A stretch of 64,000 nt of DNA from Candidatus Bathyarchaeota archaeon. GTDB taxonomy: Archaea; Thermoproteota; Bathyarchaeia; Hecatellales; Hecatellaceae. The DNA is taken from positions 32,001 through 96,000 of the forward strand of contig JBQPWD010000001.1 in assembly GCA_052246995.1 (NCBI GenBank). Reading direction: 5' to 3'. Below are positions 49,186-59,041 of the stretch, in pieces; position 1 is the first letter of the stretch, and each line of letters begins with the position of its first letter. A model generated the notes under the pieces. It did no database searches, had not been told where the DNA came from, and was given only the letters and a program-made list of their open reading frames with translations. The position numbers and the translations under genes are program-made.

Positions 49186-50027
49186 ATAAAAATCCATATA
49201 TTCCCAATCCAGCGGTGATAGTGGACGTAGTTGATGAAGCTCCAAGGATTAAAACTTTTACCTTAAAATTTAAAAATAAAAAAGTGCAGGAAAAGTTTAT
49301 TTTTTCCCCTGGGCAGTTTGTTCAGCTTGCTATACCTGGTGTTGGAGAAGCACCAATAAGTTTATCTTCATCTCCAACAGAAAAAGAGCATTTTAAGCTT
49401 TGTGTCAGGGCTGTTGGAAATGTTACAAATGTCTTACATAAGCTGAATGTTGGCGATATTGTATGGATTAGAGGTCCTTATGGTAGAGGCTTTAACATGG
49501 ATGATTTTAGGGGAAAAAATCTTGTATTTGTTGCAGGAGGAATAGGTTTGGCACCTTTAAGGTCAGCTATAAACATGGTTGTAAACCTTAGAGAAAATTA
49601 TGGTGATGTTAAAATTCTTTATGGTGATAGGACACCACAACACCTCCTTTTCGCAAAAGAACGTGAATTGTGGCGTAAAACCTGCGAAGTATGCCTAACA
49701 GTTGACGTTCCAGATGAAAGTTGGAGTGGATGTGTTGGTGTTGTTACAAAACTTTTTGACATTGTAAAAGTAACTCCAAATAATAGTGTTGCTCTAGTTT
49801 GCGGCCCGGTTGTTATGTACAGGTTTGTTGTTAAAAAGCTTCTAGAATTAGGTTTTACTGAAGATTCAATTTATCTCTCACTTGAAAGACGTATGAAGTG
49901 TGGTGTTGGAAATTGCAGGCACTGTATGATTGGCTCAAAGTTTGTTTGTCTTGATGGACCTGTTTTCACGTTTAAAGAGCTTAAAAACATCCCTCTTGAA
50001 GAAGTTCCCGAGGCGAAGCTTCCATGA
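49182..50027 (+). CDS. hydG: Group 3b hydrogenase gamma (FAD/NAD(P)) subunit
   Basis: PGQF, GEAPIS, RGPYG, AGGIGLAP, ERRMKCGVGNCRHC..CLDGPVF. Confidence 0.95.
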   Translation: MNKNPYIPNPAVIVDVVDEAPRIKTFTLKFKNKKVQEKFIFSPGQFVQLAIPGVGEAPISLSSSPTEKEHFKLCVRAVGNVTNVLHKLNVGDIVWIRGPYGRGFNMDDFRGKNLVFVAGGIGLAPLRSAINMVVNLRENYGDVKILYGDRTPQHLLFAKERELWRKTCEVCLTVDVPDESWSGCVGVVTKLFDIVKVTPNNSVALVCGPVVMYRFVVKKLLELGFTEDSIYLSLERRMKCGVGNCRHCMIGSKFVCLDGPVFTFKELKNIPLEEVPEAKLP

Positions 50028-50803
50028 GTGGGAAAATTGGCTTTAAAAAAGTTAAACCTGTAGTCGGTATTTTTGACTTAACAGATTGTAATGGTTGTTT
50101 ATGGGCTTTTGCTAATCATCCTGAATCTTTAAGCATACTTAAAATGGTGAAAATTAAAAGTTTTAGGCTTGTATCAGATGGCAAGCTTCGTGGACGTTAC
50201 GATGTTTCTATTGTTGAAGGTTATCCTGGAGACGAAGAGGAAGTTGAGATTCTTAAAAGAATTAGAGAAAGTTCTGACATCCTTATTGCCTTAGGTGCAT
50301 GTGCATGTACTGGAGGTATACAAACCATACGTAACTTTTTAAATCTAGGCGAAGTTAAAAACTACGTTTATCCTGGTAACACCTCTATTAAGCTTGTTGA
50401 AGCAAAACCTGTGGATGCTTATGTTAAGGTAGACTTTTATATTCCAGGTTGTCCTGTAAATGGAGGAGAAGTTGTTGAAGCTTTAAAAGCTCTTATTTTA
50501 GGTAAAACTCCCGAAGTTCCAAACTATGCTGTTTGTGTTGAATGTAAAATGAGAGAAACTGAATGTATGCTTATTAAAGGTTCTCCCTGTCTTGGACCTG
50601 TAACTCGTGGCGGTTGCAACGCACCGTGTCCTGCCGCAGGCTATGTTTGTGATGGTTGTAGAGGACCTTTAAGCGAAGCTAATTTTGCATCTGAAGCTGA
50701 GATTTTAAAGCAAATTGTCAAGGAGAAAGATTTAACCCTTCTTTTTAGGAGATATGCTGGCTTAATGGAAGGTTTTAAAAAAATTGCTGAAGGTGGAATG
50801 TAA
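50024..50803 (+). CDS. hydD: Group 3b hydrogenase small (delta) subunit
   Basis: DCNGC, GACACTGG, IPGCP, CVEC..CLGPVT.GGC.A.CP..CDGCRG. Confidence 0.95.
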   Translation: MSGKIGFKKVKPVVGIFDLTDCNGCLWAFANHPESLSILKMVKIKSFRLVSDGKLRGRYDVSIVEGYPGDEEEVEILKRIRESSDILIALGACACTGGIQTIRNFLNLGEVKNYVYPGNTSIKLVEAKPVDAYVKVDFYIPGCPVNGGEVVEALKALILGKTPEVPNYAVCVECKMRETECMLIKGSPCLGPVTRGGCNAPCPAAGYVCDGCRGPLSEANFASEAEILKQIVKEKDLTLLFRRYAGLMEGFKKIAEGGM

Positions 50804-50806
50804 AAA

Positions 50807-52078
50807 ATGGGTAAAAGTAAGATAATAGAGTTTGGCTATCTTCCAAGAGTTGAAGGCCACATGTCGTACACTGTTAACTTTAAGACTGGCAACGTTCGTG
50901 TTGAAGTTTTAGAGGGTGTTAGACTTTTTGAGGGGTTTATTAGAGGCAGAAAATTTGATGAAGTAATATACTTTGTCTCCAGAATTTGCGGTATATGCCC
51001 ATCTTCACATAATTTGTGTTCAATTAAGGCTGTTGAAGATGCATTTGAAATTCAACCCTCGGAACAAACTATCAAATTAAGAAAGCTTATGCACTTCGGC
51101 GAAATCATTCAAAGCCACATAGGCCACTTATACTTTTTAGCTTTACCCGACCTTCTTGGTTTTAAAGATGTTTTCCAGCTATTAAAAAAATACTCTGAAG
51201 AGGTTAAAGCAGCTTTAAGGCTTAGAGAGGTAGCAAATAGCTTGGTCGATGTTGTTGGAGGTAGAGCGGTTCATCCTGTAAGCACTACAATAAATGGTTT
51301 TCGTAAGCTTCCATCAGAAACACAGCTTAAAATACTGCTGGGTAAGCTTAAAGAGGTAAGAAGTGATGTTGTTAAAACCGTTGAACTTTTTACAAAACTT
51401 AGTATACCTGACTTTGAGAGAAACACAGAGTATACTGCGCTGAAGAACGAGGTTGAATATGGGTTGTATGATGGTTATATTGTCTCAAGTACTGGTTTAA
51501 AAATTGAACCTAAAAACTATAAAGATACTCTTATGGAGGTTGTAAAGCCATATTCCACAGCAAAATTTAGCTTTAGAAATGGTAAACCATTCTGTGTAGG
51601 TGCTCTTGCAAGATTAAACATAAATAAAGGTCAACTCAATAATGAAGCTAAAAAGGTTGTGGATAATGCTGGAGTAAAGTTTCCAAGCCATAATCCCTAC
51701 CGTTATAACATAGCTCAGGCAGTAGAAGTTGTCCATTGTGTTGAAGAATCCATTAAAATCATCGAAGAACTTTTGAGTGTAGGTTTAAAGGATGAACGAA
51801 CAGATTTTAAGGTTAAAGCTGGAGTTGGTGCAAGTGTTATTGAAGCCCCAAGAGGAATCCTATACCATAGGTATAATATTGATAAAGATGGGTTTGTCAG
51901 GGAGGCAGACATTTTAACCCCAACAGCCCAAAATGTTGCAAACATGGAAGAGGATATAAGGGTAATGCTGCCTACGCTTGTAAACCTTCCAAGGAAGCAG
52001 GCAGTAGCGAGAATAGAATCACTTATAAGAGCGTATGATCCATGTATTTCATGTTCTGTTCATATTTTTGAAGGTTAA
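50807..52078 (+). CDS. hydA: Group 3b NiFe hydrogenase large (alpha) subunit
   Basis: RVEGH, RICGIC (L1), EAPRG, DPCISCSVH (L2) plus short C-terminal tail. Confidence 0.97.
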   Translation: MGKSKIIEFGYLPRVEGHMSYTVNFKTGNVRVEVLEGVRLFEGFIRGRKFDEVIYFVSRICGICPSSHNLCSIKAVEDAFEIQPSEQTIKLRKLMHFGEIIQSHIGHLYFLALPDLLGFKDVFQLLKKYSEEVKAALRLREVANSLVDVVGGRAVHPVSTTINGFRKLPSETQLKILLGKLKEVRSDVVKTVELFTKLSIPDFERNTEYTALKNEVEYGLYDGYIVSSTGLKIEPKNYKDTLMEVVKPYSTAKFSFRNGKPFCVGALARLNINKGQLNNEAKKVVDNAGVKFPSHNPYRYNIAQAVEVVHCVEESIKIIEELLSVGLKDERTDFKVKAGVGASVIEAPRGILYHRYNIDKDGFVREADILTPTAQNVANMEEDIRVMLPTLVNLPRKQAVARIESLIRAYDPCISCSVHIFEG

Positions 52079-52142
52079 ATAAGTTTTTAAGTAAAAAAGA
52101 TTAACATTTTTAACTTGTTTTTTCTTAATGCCTTGATGAGTA

Positions 52143-52661
52143 TTGTCATTGTTAACACCTATACAGCTTATACTTACATTCTTTTTTGCAGGAATCTCGT
52201 TAAAAATTGCGGATTATCTAGGTGAAAAAGGGTTAAAGTTAAAAGCTTATTCAGCTTCAGTAGTTTCAGCCTTTCTTTTCTGGATGCTTATAAAAAATGA
52301 TCCGCAAAGTTCAACAATAGTTTCTTCGATAATTTTTGGATGCTTATTGTCATTTAAAGTTGATAAGCCAAATCTTTTCTTAGGAGTACTCTTAATTTTT
52401 GCCTTATCTATTTTTTTAGGGTTTTCTACACCTATTTTTTGGCTTTTAGCTATACTTACATCTACAGCTATGCTAGATGAATTTATGCATGAAAAGTTTA
52501 CAGGAAAGGGAATGTTTAGCATATTTTTTAGATTTAGGTTTATTCTTAAAATAGGAGTTCTAACAGCGTTTTTTGCTAGCGTATTATCATTAATTCATTT
52601 AATAGGCTTTTTTCTTTTTGACCTATCCTATGACCTTTTAAGCCTATACCTTAAAGAATAA
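52143..52661 (+). CDS. Multi-pass membrane protein of unknown function
   Basis: Hydrophobic throughout; KIAD, KVD, LDE acidic motifs. Confidence 0.75.
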   Translation: MSLLTPIQLILTFFFAGISLKIADYLGEKGLKLKAYSASVVSAFLFWMLIKNDPQSSTIVSSIIFGCLLSFKVDKPNLFLGVLLIFALSIFLGFSTPIFWLLAILTSTAMLDEFMHEKFTGKGMFSIFFRFRFILKIGVLTAFFASVLSLIHLIGFFLFDLSYDLLSLYLKE

Positions 52662-52690
52662 ACAAAAACCAATAATTTTCCTTATTTTTG

Positions 52691-53158
52691 CTACATTCCA
52701 TTAACTTTTACTTTAAATAGTTCATTTTCAGGTTTTGCTAAAACCTTGTAGGCAAGTTTTTCCTCATCTTCGGTTGTTGAGGTTTTAATTGTAAATTCAT
52801 CCATAAACTTTAAAAAGTTTATAGGCCTAATTATCACAGTTGTACGCTTTTCTTCTTCAAGTTTAAATTTGAAATTGATGTTTCGACTTGAATTTCTTAT
52901 CTTCAACCTTTTATTTCCAATTGTACATGAAGTTGAGACTTGAATTCCGTCAAGAATACAGGATATTGGAGTTTTATATGGTAAACTTACACTTACACGA
53001 AGGTTAGGATCACCTTTTCTTTTTCCTAACTCCCTAAGACCAATCAACCCCACCCTTAAACCATACGCAAGAAATGGACCAAAATGGGAGTGAAGCTTTT
53101 TAGCGTCATCTACAAGATTTAACAGCTCCTGGGGAATGCTTTCCATCATCCTCACCAC
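52691..53158 (-). CDS. FmdE/FwdE-family protein
   Basis: LHSHFGPFLAYGLR, SCILDGIQVSTSCTIGN. Confidence 0.9.
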   Translation of the reverse strand: MVRMMESIPQELLNLVDDAKKLHSHFGPFLAYGLRVGLIGLRELGKRKGDPNLRVSVSLPYKTPISCILDGIQVSTSCTIGNKRLKIRNSSRNINFKFKLEEEKRTTVIIRPINFLKFMDEFTIKTSTTEDEEKLAYKVLAKPENELFKVKVNGM

Positions 53159-53406
53159 TAACTTATGTACACTCTTAAAGTCAGATAGATGGTATATTTA
53201 TTTTATGGAAAAATTCGGTAAGGTTCTGTTGAATCCATGGTATGCTTAATTTTTGATTAATGAAGTATTGCTAGAGGTGGCATTTTCACTCTAACGCGTA
53301 AAGCTTTCTCATAACATTTTTCCCTTCGTAAAGGCTTATATTTTGACGTAATAAATACTGATTGAGGACGAAGTATGGGTAGCAGAATGAAATCTAAAAG
53401 TGGGTA

Positions 53407-53502
53407 TTGGTGAATACGAATATGAATATGATAACCTTACTCGGATTGCTACTAATAGCCCTAGCAGTTGTAGACTCAATCGCGTATTGGAGGAGTGAGT
53501 GA
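53407..53502 (+). CDS. Putative single-pass membrane microprotein, or 3' remnant of a gene
   Basis: (LVNTN)MNMITLLGLLLIALAVVDSIAYWRSE; its TGA overlaps the next ATG (TGATG). Confidence 0.45.
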   Translation: MVNTNMNMITLLGLLLIALAVVDSIAYWRSE

Positions 53503-54038
53503 TGAACGAGAAAGAGAGGTTAGAAAGAATTCGTAAAGAAGCGGGGTTGCTTGAGAAAATCTTAAGCTACATTCCTGGGTATCGTGGATACAAGGAAAAG
53601 GAGCTACGTAGGGAGACTGATAGGCTTGTTAGAATGGAAATCGTTAATAGGCTTAGATTCGCTAAGGACAGTGTAAGAAAAAGTCTGACTAACCCGGTTG
53701 TAGCACAGAAAATTTCCAGCGAGGATGTTTGGAGGCTCGATACACTGTTATCTCGTCTAGATAGGATAACACAGCGCATAGATAAGGCTGTTGCTGGATA
53801 TGCAGGAATGTTTGATATCACTAAAGTTAGGGAGGATAAGCTTGATAGGGTTACTCAGCACGACTTAAGCTTACTGGAGAAGGCAGAAGCAATTAAGGCA
53901 AGCATTGAATCCCTAGCTAAAACAGATCCTGGAAAAGAGGAGTGGCGAAGAATAATAGATGTCTTAACATTAAAGACTGAAGAGTTAGAGGTGCTGGTTG
54001 ACAGGAGGGTTGAAATTCTTAGGGGGTTGGTGGATTAG
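53499..54038 (+). CDS. Conserved-looking all-helical hypothetical protein
   Basis: IPGYRGYKEKELRRETD motif, amphipathic helices; abuts the SPFH gene. Confidence 0.85.
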   Translation: MMNEKERLERIRKEAGLLEKILSYIPGYRGYKEKELRRETDRLVRMEIVNRLRFAKDSVRKSLTNPVVAQKISSEDVWRLDTLLSRLDRITQRIDKAVAGYAGMFDITKVREDKLDRVTQHDLSLLEKAEAIKASIESLAKTDPGKEEWRRIIDVLTLKTEELEVLVDRRVEILRGLVD

Positions 54039-55082
54039 ATGCCTAAGGTTATTGAATGGGTTGGTGCGAGAGAGGGCGACATAGTTTGGAGATATCCGAA
54101 TGAGGAGATCGTCTGGGGGGACAACCTAATAGTTCATGAGTATGAGGCCGCCGTCTTCTTTAGGGATGGTAAAGCATATGATGTCTTCAGAGCTGGAAGA
54201 CATGTACTAACAACAGCAAACCTGCCACTACTTACAAAGGTATTATCGGTAATGGCTGGATTCGATAAGGTTCCATTTAGAGCAACGATAATATTCGTTT
54301 CACTTAAGCAGTTCCAAGGAAGGTTTGGAGCTCAAAGCCAAACGAAGGAGCTTGCCCCAATAAAGTTCTTTGGAAGCTTCTGGTTTAGGGTTGAGGAGAT
54401 AAACCTTTTTGTAAATGAGGTTGTGGGAGGACAAAGTGTCTATACAACTGAGAGGCTACAAGAATTTCTAAGAGGATACCTTAGCGAGAGATTAATCGAC
54501 ACTCTAAGTCAATACTCACTTGTCGAGGTATATGGTAAGCTGGATGAAACCAGCTTCCTAGCTAAGAACGCCCTATACGATGCCTTTAAGAGAATAGGCT
54601 TAGAGCTGATTGATGTAAAGTTTGAAGGGATAGATACAACACCAGAGTGGAGAGATAGAATCTTTTATATAAGAACGGGGGTATTAGCCCCAGAAGTCTT
54701 GAGAATGGAAACTATTCAGAAGTCTGCTGAGAGCCTATCAAAAAGCCCTGGAGCGGCTGTAGGTGCCGGTGTAGCTATAATCCCGCCATTATTCCAGCAG
54801 CCAGCAGCCCAGACTGTTCCAGCTCAACCTATGGTGCTATGTCCAAAGTGTGGTCTCCAGAATCCGCAAACGGCAAAATTCTGTAGCAACTGTGGGACAC
54901 AATTACAAGCAACTGGCATAGCATGTCCGAGGTGTGGAACAACAAATCCAACCGGAGCGAAGTTCTGCATAAATTGTGGTACTCTACTGTCATCTTTAAT
55001 TAAATGTCCAAAGTGTGGAATTGATGTGCAACAAGGGTCAAAATTCTGTCCAAACTGCGGAGAGAAGCTAGTTTCTCAGTAA
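54039..55082 (+). CDS. SPFH/band-7 (YdjI-like) protein with three C-terminal zinc ribbons
   Basis: IVWRYP, LIVHEYEAAVFFRDGK, GRHVLTTANLP; 3 x CPxCG-x8-KFCxNCG. Confidence 0.92.
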   Translation: MPKVIEWVGAREGDIVWRYPNEEIVWGDNLIVHEYEAAVFFRDGKAYDVFRAGRHVLTTANLPLLTKVLSVMAGFDKVPFRATIIFVSLKQFQGRFGAQSQTKELAPIKFFGSFWFRVEEINLFVNEVVGGQSVYTTERLQEFLRGYLSERLIDTLSQYSLVEVYGKLDETSFLAKNALYDAFKRIGLELIDVKFEGIDTTPEWRDRIFYIRTGVLAPEVLRMETIQKSAESLSKSPGAAVGAGVAIIPPLFQQPAAQTVPAQPMVLCPKCGLQNPQTAKFCSNCGTQLQATGIACPRCGTTNPTGAKFCINCGTLLSSLIKCPKCGIDVQQGSKFCPNCGEKLVSQ

Positions 55083-55211
55083 AATCCCAATTTTACCTTT
55101 TATTCATTTAAAGATATTTCTCTTCCCCAGAATTTTTATATGGTTAATACATTGTTGCAACAAAAATGAAAAAATTGGTTAGAGTTTTAATAGAGGTCAA
55201 CTAACTATGAT

Positions 55212-55823
55212 TTAAGCCGTTCTCTTAGCTCCACAGTTTGGGCAAGCTGTCTCAGTTTGTGGGAATAACGTTCCACAGTACTTGCATGGAACCATCACTA
55301 CCTCTCGAATTATCTCCTTCTCCTTGACTATGGGTGTAGCCGCTGGCTGAGCGATTTGAATTTCCAGAGTTGGGCTTGTTGCATCCGGTCTGCCCTTAAC
55401 GGCTACAACCCCCTTAATCAACCACGTAACCTTCCTGTCAATTCCCTTATAGGTAGGCTTCATCGTGATTGGAATGTTTATACTGAATGGAAAACTTCCT
55501 GTGAAGCTTTTTGATATATGAGTTTGAGGGCTAATGGGAGGTTTAATGGAATATAGCGTTGCCGTTTCCCAAACCTCTCTTACAACCTCACGCTTTAAAT
55601 GCGAATCATAAAATCTTTTTTGAACCTTCGCTGACTCAATACATTGAAGTTCGCATCTTATCTCATCGGCATCAAACTCATCATTGGAAAACAGGGTTAA
55701 TTCACCCTCAATGTTCTCGCCAAGAAAATATGTATCTTTTTTAAGGTTTAATTTTAAGTTGACTTTTGGCGGTGTGGCTTTTTCGGCTAGCTTTTTTAAA
55801 AAAGACAAGCCATTACCCCTCAT
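55212..55823 (-). CDS. Arrestin-like/SpoOM-type beta-sandwich protein with C-terminal zinc ribbon
   Basis: LKKDTYFLGENIEGEL...FPFSINIP...PTY...VTWLIKG...GRPD; CKYCG..CPNCG. Confidence 0.75.
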   Translation of the reverse strand: MRGNGLSFLKKLAEKATPPKVNLKLNLKKDTYFLGENIEGELTLFSNDEFDADEIRCELQCIESAKVQKRFYDSHLKREVVREVWETATLYSIKPPISPQTHISKSFTGSFPFSINIPITMKPTYKGIDRKVTWLIKGVVAVKGRPDATSPTLEIQIAQPAATPIVKEKEIIREVVMVPCKYCGTLFPQTETACPNCGAKRTA

Positions 55824-56175
55824 GAGATATTAACGTTATGTCTAGCTATAGATATTAACTCTTCGGGGCTAATAATATATATTATTGTGGAAAAAACATG
55901 ATTGTCTTGAGCATTTTTTGCAAATGAAACACTTAAAAATTCCCTAAACTTTTTGGTTGAAAGCCGCCAACGTTATTTAAATCTATCCTCTAAACTTCAC
56001 AAGCATATACCTCCAACACCCTTAGACATGTTTTCCATACACAGTTTGTATGTTCAAAACTTGGAATAGGCTCTAAGCTAAGAATGACTAGGCCCCGCAG
56101 AACAGGAATAATGTTACCTGCTTTAATTTGGAAGCTAGCTTGGTGCTGTTTTAAACTTGGTATGGTGAAGCCTCT

Positions 56176-56202
56176 AGCTGAAAAACCGAGAATCTTTCAG
56201 CT
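56176..56202 (-). terminator. Hairpin directly after the tiaS stop
   Basis: AGCTGAAA-N11-TTTCAGCT. Confidence 0.35.
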
Positions 56203-57567
56203 TTAGTCGTAGGAAGCGTTAAAGTATCCTAAACCCCAAAAATTTTTTGGTTGGATTTTTTTGTTCTCTTTAAGAGTAGATGTTTTTTCTTGACCATACC
56301 TTTCATATGGCTTTGTTAGGTGTCTTTGGGATCTTGGAGGAGGAATGTAGAATGTTGGCTTAATGTTTCTTTCAACTTCAACTAAAACCTTTTTTGCCAT
56401 AGGGTTTCTGTAGCCACATTTTTCACATTTAAATCCCTTGTTCAAGCCGAGTGAAGTCATCCTTTTGTTACAGATAGGGCATGGTGGATTTTTCTCCTCA
56501 ACTTTTTTAGCTAAACTCAAAATCTCAATTTTTTCTAGGTTTACTGTTGTAGGTGTGGTTGGTGATGCTTTTCTAAGCCCACCATAAACCCTAACTTTAT
56601 CACCCACAATAAGACTTCTGACAACGTTTCTGAATTTTCCAGTAGGCTCGTAAGCAGCACAGTATATTTCACCTGTTTCATCTTTAAGTTTAAAGATAAC
56701 ATGACCTCCTACAACCGTCAAAGGTTGACTTGAAACATATCCCTCTAAAATAATGGTACTGTAAGGTTTAACTTCACAAATTTTACATACTTTTCTTAGA
56801 TGTGCATCTGTGCCCTGATTTGACCTAAATATGGTCCAACGTTCAACAGGTTCATAAACTTTGATAAGCCTCATAGCATATTTAACAATGCTAGAATTTT
56901 CCCCACGGACACCATATAAAACAGGGTCTCCTCCTCGAGGAGTTATAAGCACCCTTCCTGTTTCATAGTCAATGTTGTTAAACGTTAATGGCTTGGTTAG
57001 TTTATCCATTTCCCAAACAGAGTTTAAATCAATTCTTCTAGGTTTACCTCTATTCTCAATTCTCCTGTAGGTTAAAACTTCATAGGTATGGTCTTCATCA
57101 AGAGTTTCACCAATAGCAGCTAAAGCTCCAACAATACCTTTAACATCATTAAACCAGTAAACTTTACACTTAACACTTCTAGCAACTCTTAAAGCTTCAT
57201 CTATACTAATCATTCTCCATAAAGCTTCGGATGAAAAATTTTTAAGAGTTGTGGGTACTTCTCCCTCTAAAAAAGCAACTCCAGGGTTTGTTTCCTCATC
57301 CCTCTCAAAATTTTTTTCAACAAAATCTATGATAACATCTTCAACATTAGTATAATCATCTTTAGAGTTAATGTTTAACCTTAAGCATGTAGCGCCATTC
57401 CCCCTAGTTTTCCAAGTAATATTAGGGTTTAACCTGATAAGATTAGGAAAATCCAAAAAATCTGTATAACCTTTTTTATGCAAAACCTCAATTAAGCATG
57501 ATGTGATATAGGTTGTACATCCACTTTTAACCGAATCAGTATCATCTAACCCAACGTGAAGCTGCAA
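56203..57567 (-). CDS. tiaS: tRNA(Ile2) 2-agmatinylcytidine synthetase
   Basis: GLDDTDS..GCTT, LIRLNPN..WKTRGN, DPVLYGVRG, NQGTDAH, AAYEPT, RHLTKP. Confidence 0.97.
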   Translation of the reverse strand: MQLHVGLDDTDSVKSGCTTYITSCLIEVLHKKGYTDFLDFPNLIRLNPNITWKTRGNGATCLRLNINSKDDYTNVEDVIIDFVEKNFERDEETNPGVAFLEGEVPTTLKNFSSEALWRMISIDEALRVARSVKCKVYWFNDVKGIVGALAAIGETLDEDHTYEVLTYRRIENRGKPRRIDLNSVWEMDKLTKPLTFNNIDYETGRVLITPRGGDPVLYGVRGENSSIVKYAMRLIKVYEPVERWTIFRSNQGTDAHLRKVCKICEVKPYSTIILEGYVSSQPLTVVGGHVIFKLKDETGEIYCAAYEPTGKFRNVVRSLIVGDKVRVYGGLRKASPTTPTTVNLEKIEILSLAKKVEEKNPPCPICNKRMTSLGLNKGFKCEKCGYRNPMAKKVLVEVERNIKPTFYIPPPRSQRHLTKPYERYGQEKTSTLKENKKIQPKNFWGLGYFNASYD

Positions 57568-57579
57568 AGTTAAAGATAC

Positions 57580-57816
57580 CTAGGTTTCTTCAATAACAAT
57601 CATTGTAAGGGTTGAACGTACTTTATCCAGTTTCCTAATATTCCATGTAACACATTCTTTAAGCTTATCCAGCGATTCTGCTTGAACTTTGGCTATAATG
57701 TCATATGTTCCGTAAACAGTGTATGCTTCAATAACATTCTTTATTTTTCTAATCTCTTTAAGAACAACACTCTCCGCTCCAATTTCGGTATTAATTAATA
57801 CATAGGCTATTGGCAT
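57580..57816 (-). CDS. Stand-alone Lrp/AsnC ligand-binding (RAM) domain protein
   Basis: AYVLINTEIG, VYGTYDIIAKV, IRKLDKVRSTLTMIV. Confidence 0.93.
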   Translation of the reverse strand: MPIAYVLINTEIGAESVVLKEIRKIKNVIEAYTVYGTYDIIAKVQAESLDKLKECVTWNIRKLDKVRSTLTMIVIEET

Positions 57817-58032
57817 TTTTCTCCCCCAAATTTATATTAGTTTTTAAAGATATTAAATCTAACCTAAACTTTAGCGTGTAATGTTAAGGCCTTTATGATA
57901 ATCAGGGAAATTTTTTATTTTGAAGGATTTTAAATTTTTATTTTCGTTGGTATTCTGTATGACCATGATTATGTTTTTTTTTTAAAAAACGGAAAAATCT
58001 TATTTTCACTTTTACACATTTCATTTTTAAGA

Positions 58033-58341
58033 TTAGATGGTCAACTCCATGATTGGAATGTGTTGTTGTGCACCATAAACATCTGTTGTATAAACTTCAT
58101 CTGATGCTGTCTTCTTAATTATAGTTACCTTTATGCCCAAAACGTTGTCAACAAAAAATATTCCTTCAATATTTTCCTCTGGTACGCAGTAGACTTTTGC
58201 AATCTTCTTTTTTGTAAGTATTTTGGAGTTTTTAACAAGCATATACTTATCTTTGTTGTCAAAGAATAGGTCTATGGTAAGCTTAAATGGACTTGCGTTT
58301 TTACTTCTAACAATTTTAACAACATCCTTAAGTTTAACCAT
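58033..58341 (-). CDS. DUF4387-family protein
   Basis: KLKDV.KIVRSKNASPFKLTID, DVYGAQQH; start ATG 58341. Confidence 0.88.
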   Translation of the reverse strand: MVKLKDVVKIVRSKNASPFKLTIDLFFDNKDKYMLVKNSKILTKKKIAKVYCVPEENIEGIFFVDNVLGIKVTIIKKTASDEVYTTDVYGAQQHIPIMELTI

Positions 58342-58983
58342 AAACCTTTCCCACCATTTTATTTGGAAACTCAACAATTCTAATTTTGAACGGTTCGCAT
58401 GGATTTTCAAGCTTAATTTTATGCCAGACGCTAAAAATGTAAACCGGGCCTACAGGTATATCTGAAGGTGAAAATGGAAACGCCAGATTTCCTGCAGTTG
58501 TTTTTCTGCCTTCAAACCCAAAATGTAGAAGGCTTGACCTTAAAAAGGCACATACAGTACTGGCTAGGCTTTGCTCTTTAGCTACAACATCAATAATTAT
58601 GCATAATTCCTTGCTCTTCAAACTTTTCTTAGGCTCGTTTTCACCCATAACTCCATTCTTAACTTTAAATTTTCCTCGCTAGAAATTTCGTTAACAAGTT
58701 TAAGTACCCTTTCAACATGAACATCTGCTCCAGCACCACCAACAGAGCATATAAAAGGTATTCTTAAGCTTTTTGCTGAGGAAATAATTGGCTTTAAATC
58801 CCTTTTAACATTTGCATCATCAGTATAAGATGTACCTGAACCAAGATAAAATGGTCCGGGGTCTGTTGAGGTTCCCTGTGCAACAATCACATGAGGATTC
58901 CATTTTAAAGCTTGCTTTAAAGATTCTTTTGGAAAACCATAACCAACATGTGTTGTAGCATCATAAATACGGATTTCATCCAA
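58334..58983 (-). pseudogene. AtuA-like (DUF1446) gene with internal deletion and frameshift
   Basis: N-terminal GYGFP..GTSTDPGPFYLGSG in one frame joins C-terminal NGVMG..EP...TAGNLAFPFSPSD in another frame; middle missing. Confidence 0.8.
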
Positions 58984-59041
58984 AAATAAACCCCCAAAAC
59001 CAGTTTTTATTTTGTATTTTTAATACACTTCTACTTAAAAG

